A stretch of DNA of 60,644 nucleotides from a candidate division WOR-3 bacterium (GCA_965649265.1 CBFGKC010000002.1:1-60644), one strand, 5' to 3'; numbered from the stretch's first letter, positions 48,208-59,923 are shown. Program-made: numbers and translations. Notes: generated by a model not told the origin, from the sequence alone.

Positions 48208-49887
48208 CTACTCGCTAATTACCACGAACTCAATCCTGCGGTTTTGCTCCTGACCTTTACGTGTGCGGTTATCACCTATCGGTTTTATCTCGCCGTAGCC
48301 CCGAGCCATAAGTCGAGACGCATCGATCCCTTTTTTGATGAGCAACTCTCGAACCGCATCAGCTCTTCTCTGAGAAAGCTCGAGATTCATCTGGTCGTCG
48401 CCAACACTGTCGGTGTGCCCTTGAATCTCAACTCGCACAGTCGAATATGACTTGAGGAAATCGGCAACCTCTTCTACTGCCGGATAACTCTCAGGAAGTA
48501 TGTCAGTACTACCCGGTGCAAAAAGAATATTCTTAAACTTCGGGGTCTCTTGCGGTTTCGGCAGGCCAAGGCCAACGTTGAGTTCCCTTGTATCGCCGTC
48601 CTGCAAAGTCACCTCCGTGCTCTCCGTTGCATAGCCTTCCTTGGTAAATGAGAGGGAGTAACTCCCTGGTGAGAGAATTGATTTGAATATGCCAAGGGCA
48701 TCGGTTCTTACCTCAGGGATTGAAGAATCACCAAACGAAACCAGAACACCCTCGATGGGCTCGGCGGTCTTCTGATCCCTGACCACGCCCGAAATTTGAG
48801 CTCTTGGTTCTTTTATCTTTGCAAGGGCAAAATCGAGAAGCTTGGCGTCCTTATCCTGAAGGATTATTCCCTGCTCCTTCCACTTATACCCGGAAGCCTC
48901 AGCCCTTATACGGTAAGCCCCGGGGGTGAGTTCTGTCTGGAAGATGCCTGTCAACGAATCGGTAGTAATTCCTTGAACCTCGGAACCAGGGAAACTGATC
49001 GTCGCGAGAAGAGGTTCAGCATTTTCTTCTGAAACAACTTTCCCTGCAAGTGTTGCTTTGGGTATCTTTGGAGGCCTCGAAAGGTCAAAAGCAGCCGATA
49101 CTCCCAGCTCGACCTTCCAGGGATCGGTAGAACTCCCAATGCCAAGGGGCATAGAGATATCAAAGGTTGCCCCTCCGACCTCAGCCGTACTGACTCTTAG
49201 CAAGGGCGTCACGGTGAGATAGTTAAAAGAGAAAACAGAGTTTAAGGGATCCCGGTTAGTCGCCTCAATAACCACGGACAGGTAAGGCAGGGGAGAAACT
49301 TCAAGAGCAGCGCCGTAAGGCAAAGTGGAACCGGAAGTCAGAGAGTCAAAAGTCATACCATATCCAGCATTGATGGTAAACTTGACAAAGTCTATTCCGA
49401 ACCCCAGGATAGCTTTCGCATCAAGCGCAGGAGCAAGCGAAGGCTCAACAGTTGAATCGCCATGCCATACGTTTGCCGTTGAGAAGTCTCCTAGCAGAAC
49501 CAAACCCGGTGCTATAAAAAAGTTCTTCTTCTGACCTATAAGAAAGGGATAGCCTCCCTTTATTACAGGTGTAAGTTTAATAGGTCCTACTAGATAGTGG
49601 TCGTTATCATCACGATATCCGTCTGCATGTGTGGCAAGAGAGAACTCGAGGAACGAAAGTGGGGCAAAACCTATTGCAGTGTATTCTTGTCCGTATACTC
49701 CGCCGGAATAACCAGCTGCAAGATGGAAGAACCCTATAGAAAGCAGTCCCTTCTTCGTTGAGGATGCGTAAAAAACATCAAGCGCGCCATTTTGTGCCCA
49801 CCTATTGGGTCGTGCCTCTATCGTAGCACTACCTAATATAAGCACGAAGGCTACCGTCACTGTCATTAGACAGTTTCTTCTACTCAT
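48208..49887 (-). CDS. OmpA family protein with two carboxypeptidase-regulatory-like domains
   Basis: Signal peptide, beta-barrel-like N-part, two Ig-like repeats, GHTD..G...N.ELS..RA, NRRIEF. Confidence 0.9.
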   Translation of the reverse strand: MSRRNCLMTVTVAFVLILGSATIEARPNRWAQNGALDVFYASSTKKGLLSIGFFHLAAGYSGGVYGQEYTAIGFAPLSFLEFSLATHADGYRDDNDHYLVGPIKLTPVIKGGYPFLIGQKKNFFIAPGLVLLGDFSTANVWHGDSTVEPSLAPALDAKAILGFGIDFVKFTINAGYGMTFDSLTSGSTLPYGAALEVSPLPYLSVVIEATNRDPLNSVFSFNYLTVTPLLRVSTAEVGGATFDISMPLGIGSSTDPWKVELGVSAAFDLSRPPKIPKATLAGKVVSEENAEPLLATISFPGSEVQGITTDSLTGIFQTELTPGAYRIRAEASGYKWKEQGIILQDKDAKLLDFALAKIKEPRAQISGVVRDQKTAEPIEGVLVSFGDSSIPEVRTDALGIFKSILSPGSYSLSFTKEGYATESTEVTLQDGDTRELNVGLGLPKPQETPKFKNILFAPGSTDILPESYPAVEEVADFLKSYSTVRVEIQGHTDSVGDDQMNLELSQRRADAVRELLIKKGIDASRLMARGYGEIKPIGDNRTRKGQEQNRRIEFVVISE

Positions 49888-49919
49888 TATGACCTCCTCG
49901 CCGGAAGGTTTTTAAAGAA

Positions 49920-49991
49920 TAGCCCCAACGGGAGTCGAACCCGTGTCTTCACCTTGAAAGAGTGATGTCCTAACCACTAGACGATAGGGCC
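49920..49991 (-). tRNA. tRNA-Glu(TTC)
   Basis: GGCCCTATCGTCTAGTGGTTAGGAC..CTTTCAA anticodon loop..GGTTCGACTCC; CCA not encoded. Confidence 0.95.
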
Positions 49992-49998
49992 TTAAGAG

Positions 49999-51792
49999 TT
50001 ACTCCCCACCGTAGAAATTATTGACGTTTCTGTAATCCTTGATCTCGGAACTAACAAATACTTCTTTGCTTAAATCATCAAGAATGTCGCTCTGCTCGTT
50101 CTCCAAGCCTTGCTGAACGAGAGCCTGATCATCATTTGATGCCCTTTCTATGCACTTGAAGTATCCGTATCCAATATCGCACTTAACAGGACCAGTCATT
50201 TGCCCTGGCATGAGGGAATAGCATGCCCCGGCCATTCTTGGGCCATATCTTGTTTCGGCTTCGAAATAAGACGTAAAGCTCAGGGTATCAAAGCTTACAT
50301 GTGGGCTGCCTAAAAATGACCCGAAACTCCTGCCTCCCGCAATAAGAGGCCGGAAGCTGTAGGCATATTCCTTTTGAGCGTCTATTGCACGCTCCCTGAC
50401 TACCATAGACTTTATATACTCAATATTGCTGTCAAGCGGCAAAATCTTCTGTTCTGCAATCGCGACTGTGGCAAAAGCATAGTAGGCACCGCCGACTTCC
50501 GGGAACGGACTACTGACATCCCCTTTCTTGGATGAAAGACCGTATGTTTTAACTGCCTCATTGTATGGGAAGTAGGGGATGAACACATCTTTGCTCTTTC
50601 TAACAAAAGGACCCTGGCGTGATATTATCCCGAATTGCTTAATAAGTGTATCAATATTAGTCCCTTTCTTGTATGCTTTCCGAAACTCTTCTATATGATC
50701 TATTACTGATCTTCGAGTAGAATCACCTGCTTCTAAAACAAGGTATATTTCACGATAAGTAACGGAATCAGCGGACTTTTCTAAAATCTTCGGGAGATGC
50801 CAGGCTCCACGGTCAAAAAAGAGATTTCCAATCTGGTTTGCTTTCAAGGTATCGAGTTTGTCAAACTCAATCGCATCCAGAGAAGCCATCGGACGAGTAA
50901 TCAAAACTGATGAATCGCCGGTAAAATCAAACGCAACCTGCTCGAAATCTGCACCCGCTTTAATGGCCGCTTCGGCATCCTCTGCCCTTTGCTTTGCACT
51001 TGTACTGTCAGAAGAAGAGGGCAAAAGGGGAAAAATCAATGTCCTCAACTCCCACCATTGTTCGCGCTCAAAATCCTTAAGGTGCTCTTTGTAGTATGTT
51101 TCTATCTCTTTGTTTGTCACATTTGAATCTACTTTCGGCAATTCATACACAAACATGGCCTCAAGAACCATCTTAGTACCGGTCTTACTCTGTGCCGATG
51201 TAACCTGAGCGACTGTGAGTCGGAATCCGTTCATTACATCGGTACGAACAATTTCTTCTACGCGAGCTCTAGCCAAAATTGCTTTGTGAATCTCAAAGGC
51301 TTGCCGATATTGTTCTGGCAAATTAGGCGCACTAAGTATTTCCCAGTAGCGATCGAAACTAAACTGGCCATTCACGTAAAAAGATGTGTCGTTCGAAATC
51401 CAGCTTGGAGGCATAGCCATAAGTATTTCCCGAGCTTCATCATCTCCTATTGAAGCCTGTTCGCGTTTTATAGCTTCGTCCCATCGAGCATTTTGTACAG
51501 CCTCTTCCCATGCCGTTTGGTATAGTTGAACACGTTCGGACTTTTTTAGCTGGTTCAGATTTGGATTAAGGCCAGCTTCATTGGCCAAGTTATAGAGTGC
51601 ATTTTGATAATCCGCAATTTTAATTTTTTCCTTCCCCACAACTGCCAAAGTACTATCAAAACCTTTACCCCGAGATACATTAGCACTACGGCCTGTAATA
51701 TCCATACCCCAAACGAATATTATCGAGGCAATAAATGCAACTAGGACCACAAACATGATAATCGTGGCTCTTTTGCGCAAATTAATAATCAT
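49999..51792 (-). CDS. SurA N-domain/PpiD-like periplasmic chaperone
   Basis: N-terminal TM (AFIASIIFVWG), EIETYYKEH, degenerate parvulin segments, IKDYR C-terminus. Confidence 0.8.
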   Translation of the reverse strand: MIINLRKRATIIMFVVLVAFIASIIFVWGMDITGRSANVSRGKGFDSTLAVVGKEKIKIADYQNALYNLANEAGLNPNLNQLKKSERVQLYQTAWEEAVQNARWDEAIKREQASIGDDEAREILMAMPPSWISNDTSFYVNGQFSFDRYWEILSAPNLPEQYRQAFEIHKAILARARVEEIVRTDVMNGFRLTVAQVTSAQSKTGTKMVLEAMFVYELPKVDSNVTNKEIETYYKEHLKDFEREQWWELRTLIFPLLPSSSDSTSAKQRAEDAEAAIKAGADFEQVAFDFTGDSSVLITRPMASLDAIEFDKLDTLKANQIGNLFFDRGAWHLPKILEKSADSVTYREIYLVLEAGDSTRRSVIDHIEEFRKAYKKGTNIDTLIKQFGIISRQGPFVRKSKDVFIPYFPYNEAVKTYGLSSKKGDVSSPFPEVGGAYYAFATVAIAEQKILPLDSNIEYIKSMVVRERAIDAQKEYAYSFRPLIAGGRSFGSFLGSPHVSFDTLSFTSYFEAETRYGPRMAGACYSLMPGQMTGPVKCDIGYGYFKCIERASNDDQALVQQGLENEQSDILDDLSKEVFVSSEIKDYRNVNNFYGGE

Positions 51793-51853
51793 TTGTCGAT
51801 TCCTCCAATTAGATACATAGCGTGAATTTTAGCATAATCCCGAAAAAAGTCAA

Positions 51854-52585
51854 CTACCTACCATACGAAAGCCGGGTCGCTAACGACGAAGGTAATCCTG
51901 CATCTAGTATTTTCTTCTGCGCCGTCGATATATCATAAGGAACCCTAGCCAACGTAACAACTTTATCTTCGTAGTTGACTCTTAAATAGCATGCTCGCGG
52001 ATCACCATCCCTGGGTTGACCTACACTGCCCACATTCACTAGCAACCAACTGTCATCATCCCAATGAATCTCATTTGATTCAATCTGCTCAGGAACCCCT
52101 TCTTCACCACAGCGGCGAACTATAAAAGGTTGATGGGAATGTCCAATAACTCCCAAATTCGAAGGCAAAGCCTCGAATTGCTTGCCTGCCTGAAAAATAG
52201 TAAAGACGTACTCCCACCCCGCCGGTCTGACAAAATTAGCGTGAGCCAACGCTATTCCTTCGCATATCTTGGTCAGGGGGAGCGCCTCTAGAAAACTACG
52301 AGATGAGTGTAACAGAATCTTGCGAGTCCATATAACGGCAGACTGTGCGGCAGAATTGAAGTACTCTATTGAAGTTTTCTCAATGACACCCCAATCGTGA
52401 TTACCGGCAACAGAATCGGCACCTGAATCCGCAATTATTGATATACACTCATTAGCCGAAGCTCCATAGCCTACAATATCACCTGCAATCAAAATCTTTT
52501 TAGCTCCCCACATTCTCGCATCGTCCAGAACTGCATTAAGAGCTTCCAGGTTCGAATGGATATCTGAAAGAATAGCCGTTTTCAT
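51854..52585 (-). CDS. Metallophosphoesterase family protein
   Basis: SDIHSN, GDIVGYG, GNHD, GHSH, NVGSVGQPRDGDPRA. Confidence 0.92.
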   Translation of the reverse strand: MKTAILSDIHSNLEALNAVLDDARMWGAKKILIAGDIVGYGASANECISIIADSGADSVAGNHDWGVIEKTSIEYFNSAAQSAVIWTRKILLHSSRSFLEALPLTKICEGIALAHANFVRPAGWEYVFTIFQAGKQFEALPSNLGVIGHSHQPFIVRRCGEEGVPEQIESNEIHWDDDSWLLVNVGSVGQPRDGDPRACYLRVNYEDKVVTLARVPYDISTAQKKILDAGLPSSLATRLSYGR

Positions 52586-53013
52586 CCCTCAGTAACCAGG
52601 ATCTCTCGCTTGTACAATGAATCGAGAACGCCATTTACGAATCGTGCAGACCCCTCGGTGCCGTAAAACCTTGCAAGTTCCACCGCCTCATCAATCGAAA
52701 CCTTAGGTGGAATATCAGAAAACAAAAGCATTTCGCATACTGCTATTCTCAGTATTGCCCTCTCCACATAAGAAATTCGATCAAGTCTCCATTCCGTAAG
52801 TGACCGACTGATGGCTGAATCAATTCTTTCAATATTTTCAGTTAAACTTGAAACCACCGTTTTCAAATACTGAGATGCCTGTCCCCTCAATTTTCGTCTC
52901 GCAATGACTTCTAATGTTACACAAGCAGGATCATCGCCCATCAAATCGATTCGGTATAGAATTTCAACAGCCGCGATGCGGGCACGGGTTTTAGCTCCCT
53001 TTACATTATCCAC
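52582..53013 (-). CDS. nusB: Transcription antitermination factor NusB
   Basis: W.LDRI..VERAILR, P.KVSIDEAVELA..YG, FVNGVLD. Confidence 0.95.
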   Translation of the reverse strand: MDNVKGAKTRARIAAVEILYRIDLMGDDPACVTLEVIARRKLRGQASQYLKTVVSSLTENIERIDSAISRSLTEWRLDRISYVERAILRIAVCEMLLFSDIPPKVSIDEAVELARFYGTEGSARFVNGVLDSLYKREILVTEG

Positions 53014-53058
53014 AAGTACCCACTTAATTCTATGGTCTTATGCAAGATATACTGAGAA

Positions 53059-53520
53059 TCACGCACCCCGGGCAAGATTGGCCATCTCAATTGCAGCAAG
53101 TGCAGCATCCCAGCCCCGATTGCCTTGTTTCACACCGGCGCGCTCAACGGCTTGTTCAGTAGAGTCAGCGGTTACAATTCCGTAAATTACCGGTTTTTCG
53201 AGTTCTAAACCAAGTGAAGCTATGCCTTTAGCAGCTTCACTTGCGACAAACTCGAAGTGTGGAGTTTCACCGCGGATAACTGCTCCAAGACATATAACGG
53301 CATCGGTGCTCTTGTCCCTGGCCATTACTTTTGCTCCATGAGGAATCTCGAATGTCCCTGGAACGTAACGAACTTGCACGGATTCTGCCTTATGTCTGGC
53401 GAGGCAATCCAATGCACCCTCGAGAAGAATTTTAGTAATACGTTCGTTGAACCTTGAAACCACGATGCCAAAGTTCAAACCCTTGGCGTCGAGACTGCCT
53501 TTTTGCTCTGTAACTTTCAT
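53059..53520 (-). CDS. ribH: 6,7-dimethyl-8-ribityllumazine synthase
   Basis: [24 protein letters not shown]. Confidence 0.96.
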   Translation of the reverse strand: MKVTEQKGSLDAKGLNFGIVVSRFNERITKILLEGALDCLARHKAESVQVRYVPGTFEIPHGAKVMARDKSTDAVICLGAVIRGETPHFEFVASEAAKGIASLGLELEKPVIYGIVTADSTEQAVERAGVKQGNRGWDAALAAIEMANLARGA

Positions 53521-54743
53521 TTGTTATCCTCCTCTTTTTTGGAGAGGTCAAGAAGATGCCCCATCTTGTCACGCTTAGCTTCCAGATAAAAACGGTTTTT
53601 CTCATGGGGCTCTATTTGAATCGGTACTCTTTCAACAACTTTCAAACCATACCCCTCGAGGCCTATTCTCTTTTCAGGATTGTTGGTCATAAGACGAATG
53701 CTCGAAAGACCAAGATCAGCAAGTATTTGTGCCCCTATCCCGTAGTCACGAGCATCCGAAGGAAATCCTATTGCCAGGTTAGCTTCGACTGTATCCAACC
53801 CCTGATCCTGAAGTCTGTAGCAAACCAGTTTATTCAACAATCCGATTCCACGTCCTTCTTGCCGCATATAGACGAGTACCCCTGCTCCTTCCGCCTCGAT
53901 ACGTTTCATTGCCTCGTGAAGCTGATCGCCGCAGTCGCACCGAAAGGAACCGAACACATCGCCTGTAAGGCATTGGGAGTGCACACGAATCAAGACGTTC
54001 TCCTTTCCTTCTATTTCACCCTTAACCAAGGCCAGGTGATGCTCACCTTCGATGGCTGTCTCATAGATTATCAATTTGAATTCTCCGTATCGGGTAGGGA
54101 GAGGGGTCGAGAAAAGACGCTTGACCAGCTTCTCTCTTCGCTGACGGTAAGAGATCAGATCCTTTATGGTAATCAGTTTCAACTCAAATTCCCTAGCTAT
54201 CTCGAAAAGCCTGGGAAGCCTGGCCATTGAACCGTCGGCGTCCATTATCTCGCACAGAAGTGCAGCAGGGTAGAGTCCGGCAAGTCGGGCAATATCCACG
54301 GATGCCTCGGTGTGACCTACACGTCTCAATACGCCGCCTTTCTTTGCAACGAGCGGAAATATGTGACCAGGTCTGGCAAGATCATCAGGACGTGTTCTTG
54401 TATCGGCGAGGGATTTGATGGTTTTTGCCCTGTCAAAAGCGGATATCCCAGTGGATGTCCCATGCTTGTAATCAACTGAGATGGTGAAGGCGGTACCGTG
54501 CTTCTCGGTGTTTTCGTCCACCATGGGCGGCAAGGCCAGTTCCTGGGCACGTTCTTCGGTGATAGGAGAGCAGAGTAGCCCTCTTCCGTTCTTGACTATG
54601 AAGTTGATCATCTCGGGTGTGGCTTTTTCCGCAGCGGCTATAAAATCACCTTCATTCTCCCTGTCCTCGTCATCAACGACGATGATTATTTTGCCTTTCC
54701 TGATATCTTCAATCGCTTCTTCAATAAGGGAAAATTCGTTCAT
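53517..54743 (-). CDS. ribBA: Bifunctional DHBP synthase/GTP cyclohydrolase II
   Basis: [40 protein letters not shown]; start at MNEF in ATGA overlap. Confidence 0.96.
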   Translation of the reverse strand: MNEFSLIEEAIEDIRKGKIIIVVDDEDRENEGDFIAAAEKATPEMINFIVKNGRGLLCSPITEERAQELALPPMVDENTEKHGTAFTISVDYKHGTSTGISAFDRAKTIKSLADTRTRPDDLARPGHIFPLVAKKGGVLRRVGHTEASVDIARLAGLYPAALLCEIMDADGSMARLPRLFEIAREFELKLITIKDLISYRQRREKLVKRLFSTPLPTRYGEFKLIIYETAIEGEHHLALVKGEIEGKENVLIRVHSQCLTGDVFGSFRCDCGDQLHEAMKRIEAEGAGVLVYMRQEGRGIGLLNKLVCYRLQDQGLDTVEANLAIGFPSDARDYGIGAQILADLGLSSIRLMTNNPEKRIGLEGYGLKVVERVPIQIEPHEKNRFYLEAKRDKMGHLLDLSKKEEDNK

Positions 54744-55768
54744 AGTTCTTTGCCGTACCAAGCCTTCGTGTATTCCTTGAATCTTTTGTCATCTCTCCGC
54801 GATTTCCAGAAACCTGGATTTTCACGATACCAGTCTATAGTTTTATCTAGACCGCTGTCAAAAGACATTTGCGGAGACCAATCGAGAAGCCTTTTGGCCT
54901 TTGAATTACCCGCTATGAGTTCTAAGACATGACCGGGTCTGTCCTTGTGTGTTTTGAGAAGACTCCTTGACTTTCCGAGACGGTCAAGTATTCGCTCGCC
55001 TATCCAGTTAGTAGAATAACTCTTTCCGGTCCCCCCGTTAATCTCTTGACCAATCAGCAAATCATAGTTTGCTGAAAAAAGGGCATTTTCTATGAGTGAT
55101 GTGCCGTCCTTTACCCAGAGCCAGTCGCGTTCGGCCTGGCCGTTCCCGTATACGTAAAGAGGATAACCGAGCAACGCATTAGTCGTGAAAAACGGTATTA
55201 GTTTTTCAGGATGCTGACGAGGCCCGTACATATTGAACAACCGAAGGATTAGAACAGGCAGTTTGTATGTTTTAAAGAACGAATACGCCAGACGATCTGC
55301 ACCCGCTTTTGTTGCAGCATAAGGGGACTGAGGAGCCAACGGGTGAGATTCATCCATCGGCGTCTTCTGCGCCGATCCATAGACCTCGCTGGTCGAGAGT
55401 TGTATTATGCGCTCGACTTTGGATCGCATAAGCGTTTCGAAAAGATGCGCAGTCGAAACAAAATCGTTTTGAACAAAGGTTTCTATTGTAAGGATTGAGC
55501 GGTCAACGTGCGTTTCGGCTGCAAGGTGAACTACTGAATCAACTTCTTTTATAAGATGTTCAAGAATCCTCTTGGATCCGGCATCACCTCTGATAAAGTG
55601 AAAATTGGGATCATTGCGAAGTGATCGAGGGATTGTGTCGAGGCGTCCGGGATAAACCAGCTTGTCAAGAACAAATACACGTGCATCACCCCGTTCTAGC
55701 AGAGCTTCAACCAGATGTGATCCTACGAATCCCGCACCGCCGGTGAGAAGAATGGAACGTTTTCTCAT
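54740..55768 (-). CDS. rmlB: dTDP-glucose 4,6-dehydratase-like NDP-sugar dehydratase
   Basis: [45 protein letters not shown]. Confidence 0.85.
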   Translation of the reverse strand: MRKRSILLTGGAGFVGSHLVEALLERGDARVFVLDKLVYPGRLDTIPRSLRNDPNFHFIRGDAGSKRILEHLIKEVDSVVHLAAETHVDRSILTIETFVQNDFVSTAHLFETLMRSKVERIIQLSTSEVYGSAQKTPMDESHPLAPQSPYAATKAGADRLAYSFFKTYKLPVLILRLFNMYGPRQHPEKLIPFFTTNALLGYPLYVYGNGQAERDWLWVKDGTSLIENALFSANYDLLIGQEINGGTGKSYSTNWIGERILDRLGKSRSLLKTHKDRPGHVLELIAGNSKAKRLLDWSPQMSFDSGLDKTIDWYRENPGFWKSRRDDKRFKEYTKAWYGKEL

Positions 55769-56229
55769 CCGTCTTTCCTCGACCAGTCGTAAGGCACTTC
55801 CCCCGAATCGGGATCAATGCGATACTCGTCCGGTTCCTTATAATTGTACACTTCCGTTGGGATATTGATAAAGAAAGCAGGTTCGATCCCTATACCTTTC
55901 ATTCCGTGAAGTAAACCGGGAGGAATGGATACAAGAAGCGGATTTTTCTCACCTATGAAAAGCTCCAAAAGTTTCCCTCTTGTCATCGAATGCTCTCTCG
56001 AATCGTAAATCACCAATTTTGCCATTCCCTTTATAACGCACAAATTATCGCGTTGAGTCTTATGATAATGCCAACCCTTAACGACACCTGGGTACACAAC
56101 TGACGTGTAGACTTGTCCGAACTTTTCGAAGAAAGGATCATCGTTCCTAAATATCTCCATAAGCCAACCGCGTTCGTCCGGTATCACGTTGAGAATTTTT
56201 ATTTCTACACCGTCTATTTTTGATTCCAT
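55765..56229 (-). CDS. rmlC: dTDP-4-dehydrorhamnose 3,5-epimerase family (cupin)
   Basis: DERG...E, GVVKGWHYH, IPPG..HG. Confidence 0.85.
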   Translation of the reverse strand: MESKIDGVEIKILNVIPDERGWLMEIFRNDDPFFEKFGQVYTSVVYPGVVKGWHYHKTQRDNLCVIKGMAKLVIYDSREHSMTRGKLLELFIGEKNPLLVSIPPGLLHGMKGIGIEPAFFINIPTEVYNYKEPDEYRIDPDSGEVPYDWSRKDG

Positions 56230-56374
56230 TAAGTAAGTTTAGGCTTGTTTAAGACCAAGTCAACATGAACTATTTGAAAGGTACATGAGAGGAGAAACAC
56301 AAGCAGCAATAGCTCAATCAAATTCAAATGATTATTTTCTTGACACGAACGGAAGAAATGTTATTATCTTCATT

Positions 56375-59300
56375 ATGTCTGGTCCAAGCTTCGTTCACTT
56401 GCATTTACACACTGAGTACAGCCTTTTAGATGGTTCAATCAAGATTTCGAAACTTGCAGAGCAAGCAAATCGTTTCAAGATGTCAGCTGTAGCAATTACA
56501 GATCACGGAAATCTATTCGGTGTTGTTCCGTTCTACAAAACCATGCGGAAATATGGTATAAAACCGATAATAGGAATGGAAACTTATATCGCTTCGGGTA
56601 AACTTACGGATAAAGGAGATTCGCCGGCGGTAGGCGAGACTTCTCATCATCTTACATTACTTGCAGCAACAAACGAAGGTTATAAAAACCTCGTTAAGCT
56701 TTCATCCAAAGCATACCTTGACGGATTTTATTACCGTCCGAGGATTGACAAAGGCATTCTTAGAGAATACAAAAATGGTATTATCGCCCTTTCGGGTTGT
56801 TGGTCTGGTGAGATTTCCTCCGCGCTGATGAAGGGAGATGTGGAAGGAGCAAGAAGAACACTTCGTTCATACCTTGATATATTCGGTAGGGATGATTTCT
56901 TCTTAGAAGTACAAAACCTTGGAATGCCGGAGACACAGACAATGTTTTCCCGGACTGTGGCACTCGCCAGGGAAGAAAACGTAAATCTTGTTGCAACAAA
57001 CGATTGTCACTTTTTGAGAAGAGATGATGCCGAAGCTCATGATGTACTGCTAGCAATTCAAACCGGGAAAAAAATTACTGACTCGGATCGCATGAGATTT
57101 GGATCGAACGAGATGTTCTTCAAATCCGGGGAAGAGATGAGGGAAGCATTTAGGGATCTTCCCGATGCAATAGAGAACACTGTGATGATAGCAGAACGGT
57201 GTATGGTCACTATTGACGTTGATGGTAAGGACTTTAAACTTCCAAGGTACCCGTTACCTGCGGGTTTCTCCTCAACGATGCAATATCTGAAAGAACTTGC
57301 GGAAAAGGGATGTGTGGAAAAATGCTTGTTCGAGAACAAACAATACCGCCAACGACTTGATCATGAATTAAACGTCATAGAAAAGATGGGGTTTGCTGGT
57401 TATTTCCTTATCGTGAAAGATATTGTTGATTATGCCAAGCGATCGGGGGTCCCTGTGGGACCGGGCCGTGGATCGGCCGTTGGTAGTCTTGTTCTTTATT
57501 CATTAGGAATAACTGAACTTGATCCTATCCAGTTCGATTTAATTTTTGAACGCTTTCTCAACCCAGACCGCATAACACTTCCTGATATCGACATAGATTT
57601 CGCAGATGAAGAGCGTGACAAGGTCATTCAATATATTCATGACAGGTATGGCGCGGAAAACGTGGCCCGGATAATAACCTTTGATACTATGAAAGCAAAA
57701 GCTGCAATCAGAGATGTCGGGCGCGCATTGGATATCCCGCTAGCCGAAGTCGATAGAATCGCGAAGCTCATTCCCTTCAACGATACTCTGGAGGAAGCCC
57801 TCGCATCCCAGAAGGAACTCGCTGAACTGGTCAAAAGCGACCCCCGTTACGAAAGGCTTTTTCAGGTTTCAATGAAACTTGAGGGTGTCTCAAGGCACGC
57901 GTCGATTCACGCATCAGGAGTAGTCATTACCCCTGAGCCCCTGACGGAGTTCGTACCGCTTTACAAGGCGGCAGACGGCGGCGTATCCACCCAGTTCGAC
58001 ATGAAAGCTATAGACTCCATGGGTATCCTGAAGCTCGACATTCTCGGTCTTCGTACCCTCTCGGTAATTAAAATGAGCGAAGAACTCTTGCATAATAGAA
58101 GTATTGTCATTGACACCAAGAATATCCCCTTGGACGACAACAAAACGTACGATCTTCTTCAAAAAGCAGATACAATAGGAATATTCCAGCTGGAAAGCCG
58201 AGGAATGAGAGAAATATTGAAGAAGCTAAAACCCACCAGCATTGAAGATATCTCGGCAGTCATAGCAATTTACCGGCCTGGACCGCTTGGAAATATCGAT
58301 ATTGATGAATTCTGCAAAAGGAAAAACGGCCAGAGCATCATCACGTATCTTCATCCAAAACTCGAACCGGTTCTTGCAACTACTTACGGGACTTTCATAT
58401 ATCAAGAACAGGTTATGCAAACCGCCAGGGCTGTTGCAGGCTTCTCCTACGTACAAGCCGACCATCTACGCCGAGCAATGGGGAAAAAGATCCCTGAACT
58501 CATGGCCGAGATGAAGGAACACTTCTTTGAGGGTGCAAAAAAACAGGGCCTTGATAAGAAAACTGCTCAGGCAATTTACGATCTCATAGAACCCTTCTCT
58601 GGTTACGGCTTTAACAAATCACACTCCGCAGGCTATGCCCACGTGTCTTATATTACCGCGTACCTCAAGGCAAATTATCCTCAAGTGTTCTTTACCTCTC
58701 TCTTAACTAATGAGATGGGGCACTCCGAAGTCAAGATTGCTCAATTTATAAAGAATGCAAGGGATATGGGAATAAAGGTTCTCCCACCCGATATAAACAA
58801 AAGTGGATACAAGTTCCGTATCGAAAAAGATGGTATTCGCTTTGGATTAGGAGCCATCAAGAATGTGGGACAAGGAGCTGCAGAGTTGATTGAACTGGAA
58901 AATGCAGGGGAACCCTTCACTGACATGAGAGATTTCCTTTCGCGAACCAGGGGAACCGTCAATCGCAAATGCGTCGAATTTCTAATAAAGGGGGGGTGCT
59001 TTGATTCGATTGATCCAGATAGACAGATGCTCCTTGGGCATCTTATGGACGAAATGGCGAGACTCGGGGACAAACGTGGCCTTCTTTTGGAAAAGCAAAC
59101 TGGGTTGTTTGCAGATGAATCGGAATCTAAGCCCAAGATACAAAGGGCAAGGCAGAGAGATCTGAAACCCACGGATTTTCTCAATTATGAAAAAGAAGCG
59201 TTCGGTTTTTATCTCTCGGGCCATCCAATGGAAGAATACAAGGATATTTACGAAGCTCTTGATCTTGTGGAAATAGAAGATATTGACGAGAGTTATGATG

Positions 59301-59812
59301 GCAGGAATCTTGCCGTTGGCGGTACCGTCTCCGCGCGAAAATCCAAAAGAGATAAAAGAGGAAACGATTACGCAATTCTGACTCTTCGGGATTTTACGGG
59401 AGAGATTGATATATTCGTCTTTGCAAGGCTTTACGAACAGCACCGCGACATTTTGAGGACAGACGAGCCCATTATTGTTAAAGGCCGTGCATCGGTAGGT
59501 GAAGATGACGCAAGGGCCAAGCTTTTCAGCGAAGAGATTATCCCCTTCAGTGCAGCCAGGGCAAGATTGAAATCCGTAATCGTTGATCTTGACGAAAAGG
59601 CCTCTTCCCGTGAAAGACTTGTAGAACTGAGAACCATACTCACCCAGTATCCAGGACGATGCACACTTTATTTGAATATTTCAAACGGGAAAGAAGGAGA
59701 ACGGACCCGTATTCTTTGCAAGGATATCAAGGTAAATCCTTCGAATGAACTCATAGACAGGCTTCGCAGTTTTGAGGGCGTTCGTAAAGTAAGGTTCCAC
59801 GGAACAATATAG
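56375..59812 (+). CDS. dnaE: DNA polymerase III subunit alpha
   Basis: FVHLHLHTEYSLLDG, GPGRGS, PDIDID, KLDILGL, FNKSH, OB fold; start reassigned to MSGPSF. Confidence 0.97.
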   Translation: MSGPSFVHLHLHTEYSLLDGSIKISKLAEQANRFKMSAVAITDHGNLFGVVPFYKTMRKYGIKPIIGMETYIASGKLTDKGDSPAVGETSHHLTLLAATNEGYKNLVKLSSKAYLDGFYYRPRIDKGILREYKNGIIALSGCWSGEISSALMKGDVEGARRTLRSYLDIFGRDDFFLEVQNLGMPETQTMFSRTVALAREENVNLVATNDCHFLRRDDAEAHDVLLAIQTGKKITDSDRMRFGSNEMFFKSGEEMREAFRDLPDAIENTVMIAERCMVTIDVDGKDFKLPRYPLPAGFSSTMQYLKELAEKGCVEKCLFENKQYRQRLDHELNVIEKMGFAGYFLIVKDIVDYAKRSGVPVGPGRGSAVGSLVLYSLGITELDPIQFDLIFERFLNPDRITLPDIDIDFADEERDKVIQYIHDRYGAENVARIITFDTMKAKAAIRDVGRALDIPLAEVDRIAKLIPFNDTLEEALASQKELAELVKSDPRYERLFQVSMKLEGVSRHASIHASGVVITPEPLTEFVPLYKAADGGVSTQFDMKAIDSMGILKLDILGLRTLSVIKMSEELLHNRSIVIDTKNIPLDDNKTYDLLQKADTIGIFQLESRGMREILKKLKPTSIEDISAVIAIYRPGPLGNIDIDEFCKRKNGQSIITYLHPKLEPVLATTYGTFIYQEQVMQTARAVAGFSYVQADHLRRAMGKKIPELMAEMKEHFFEGAKKQGLDKKTAQAIYDLIEPFSGYGFNKSHSAGYAHVSYITAYLKANYPQVFFTSLLTNEMGHSEVKIAQFIKNARDMGIKVLPPDINKSGYKFRIEKDGIRFGLGAIKNVGQGAAELIELENAGEPFTDMRDFLSRTRGTVNRKCVEFLIKGGCFDSIDPDRQMLLGHLMDEMARLGDKRGLLLEKQTGLFADESESKPKIQRARQRDLKPTDFLNYEKEAFGFYLSGHPMEEYKDIYEALDLVEIEDIDESYDGRNLAVGGTVSARKSKRDKRGNDYAILTLRDFTGEIDIFVFARLYEQHRDILRTDEPIIVKGRASVGEDDARAKLFSEEIIPFSAARARLKSVIVDLDEKASSRERLVELRTILTQYPGRCTLYLNISNGKEGERTRILCKDIKVNPSNELIDRLRSFEGVRKVRFHGTI

Positions 59813-59893
59813 ACTTTTTACGATACAACAAATGCTTGAAAGATAAGAGAAAATTCAAGGGATAATTAGAATTCCTATTGTTCTAAAAAGGTT

Positions 59894-59923
59894 GGTCCCA
59901 AAAGGGGCACCCTTTTGGGACCA
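59894..59923. terminator. Hairpin between convergent dnaE and tRNA-Ser
   Basis: TGGTCCCAAAAGGG-GCA-CCCTTTTGGGACCA. Confidence 0.55.

Noticed and set aside
49920-49991. tRNA-Glu as an integration site
   Set aside because: No integrase and no duplicated tRNA 3' end were seen.
56781-59664. Minus-strand ORFs inside dnaE, and a possible intein in dnaE
   Set aside because: Shadow frames. DnaE has normal length and continuous motifs with no intein signature.
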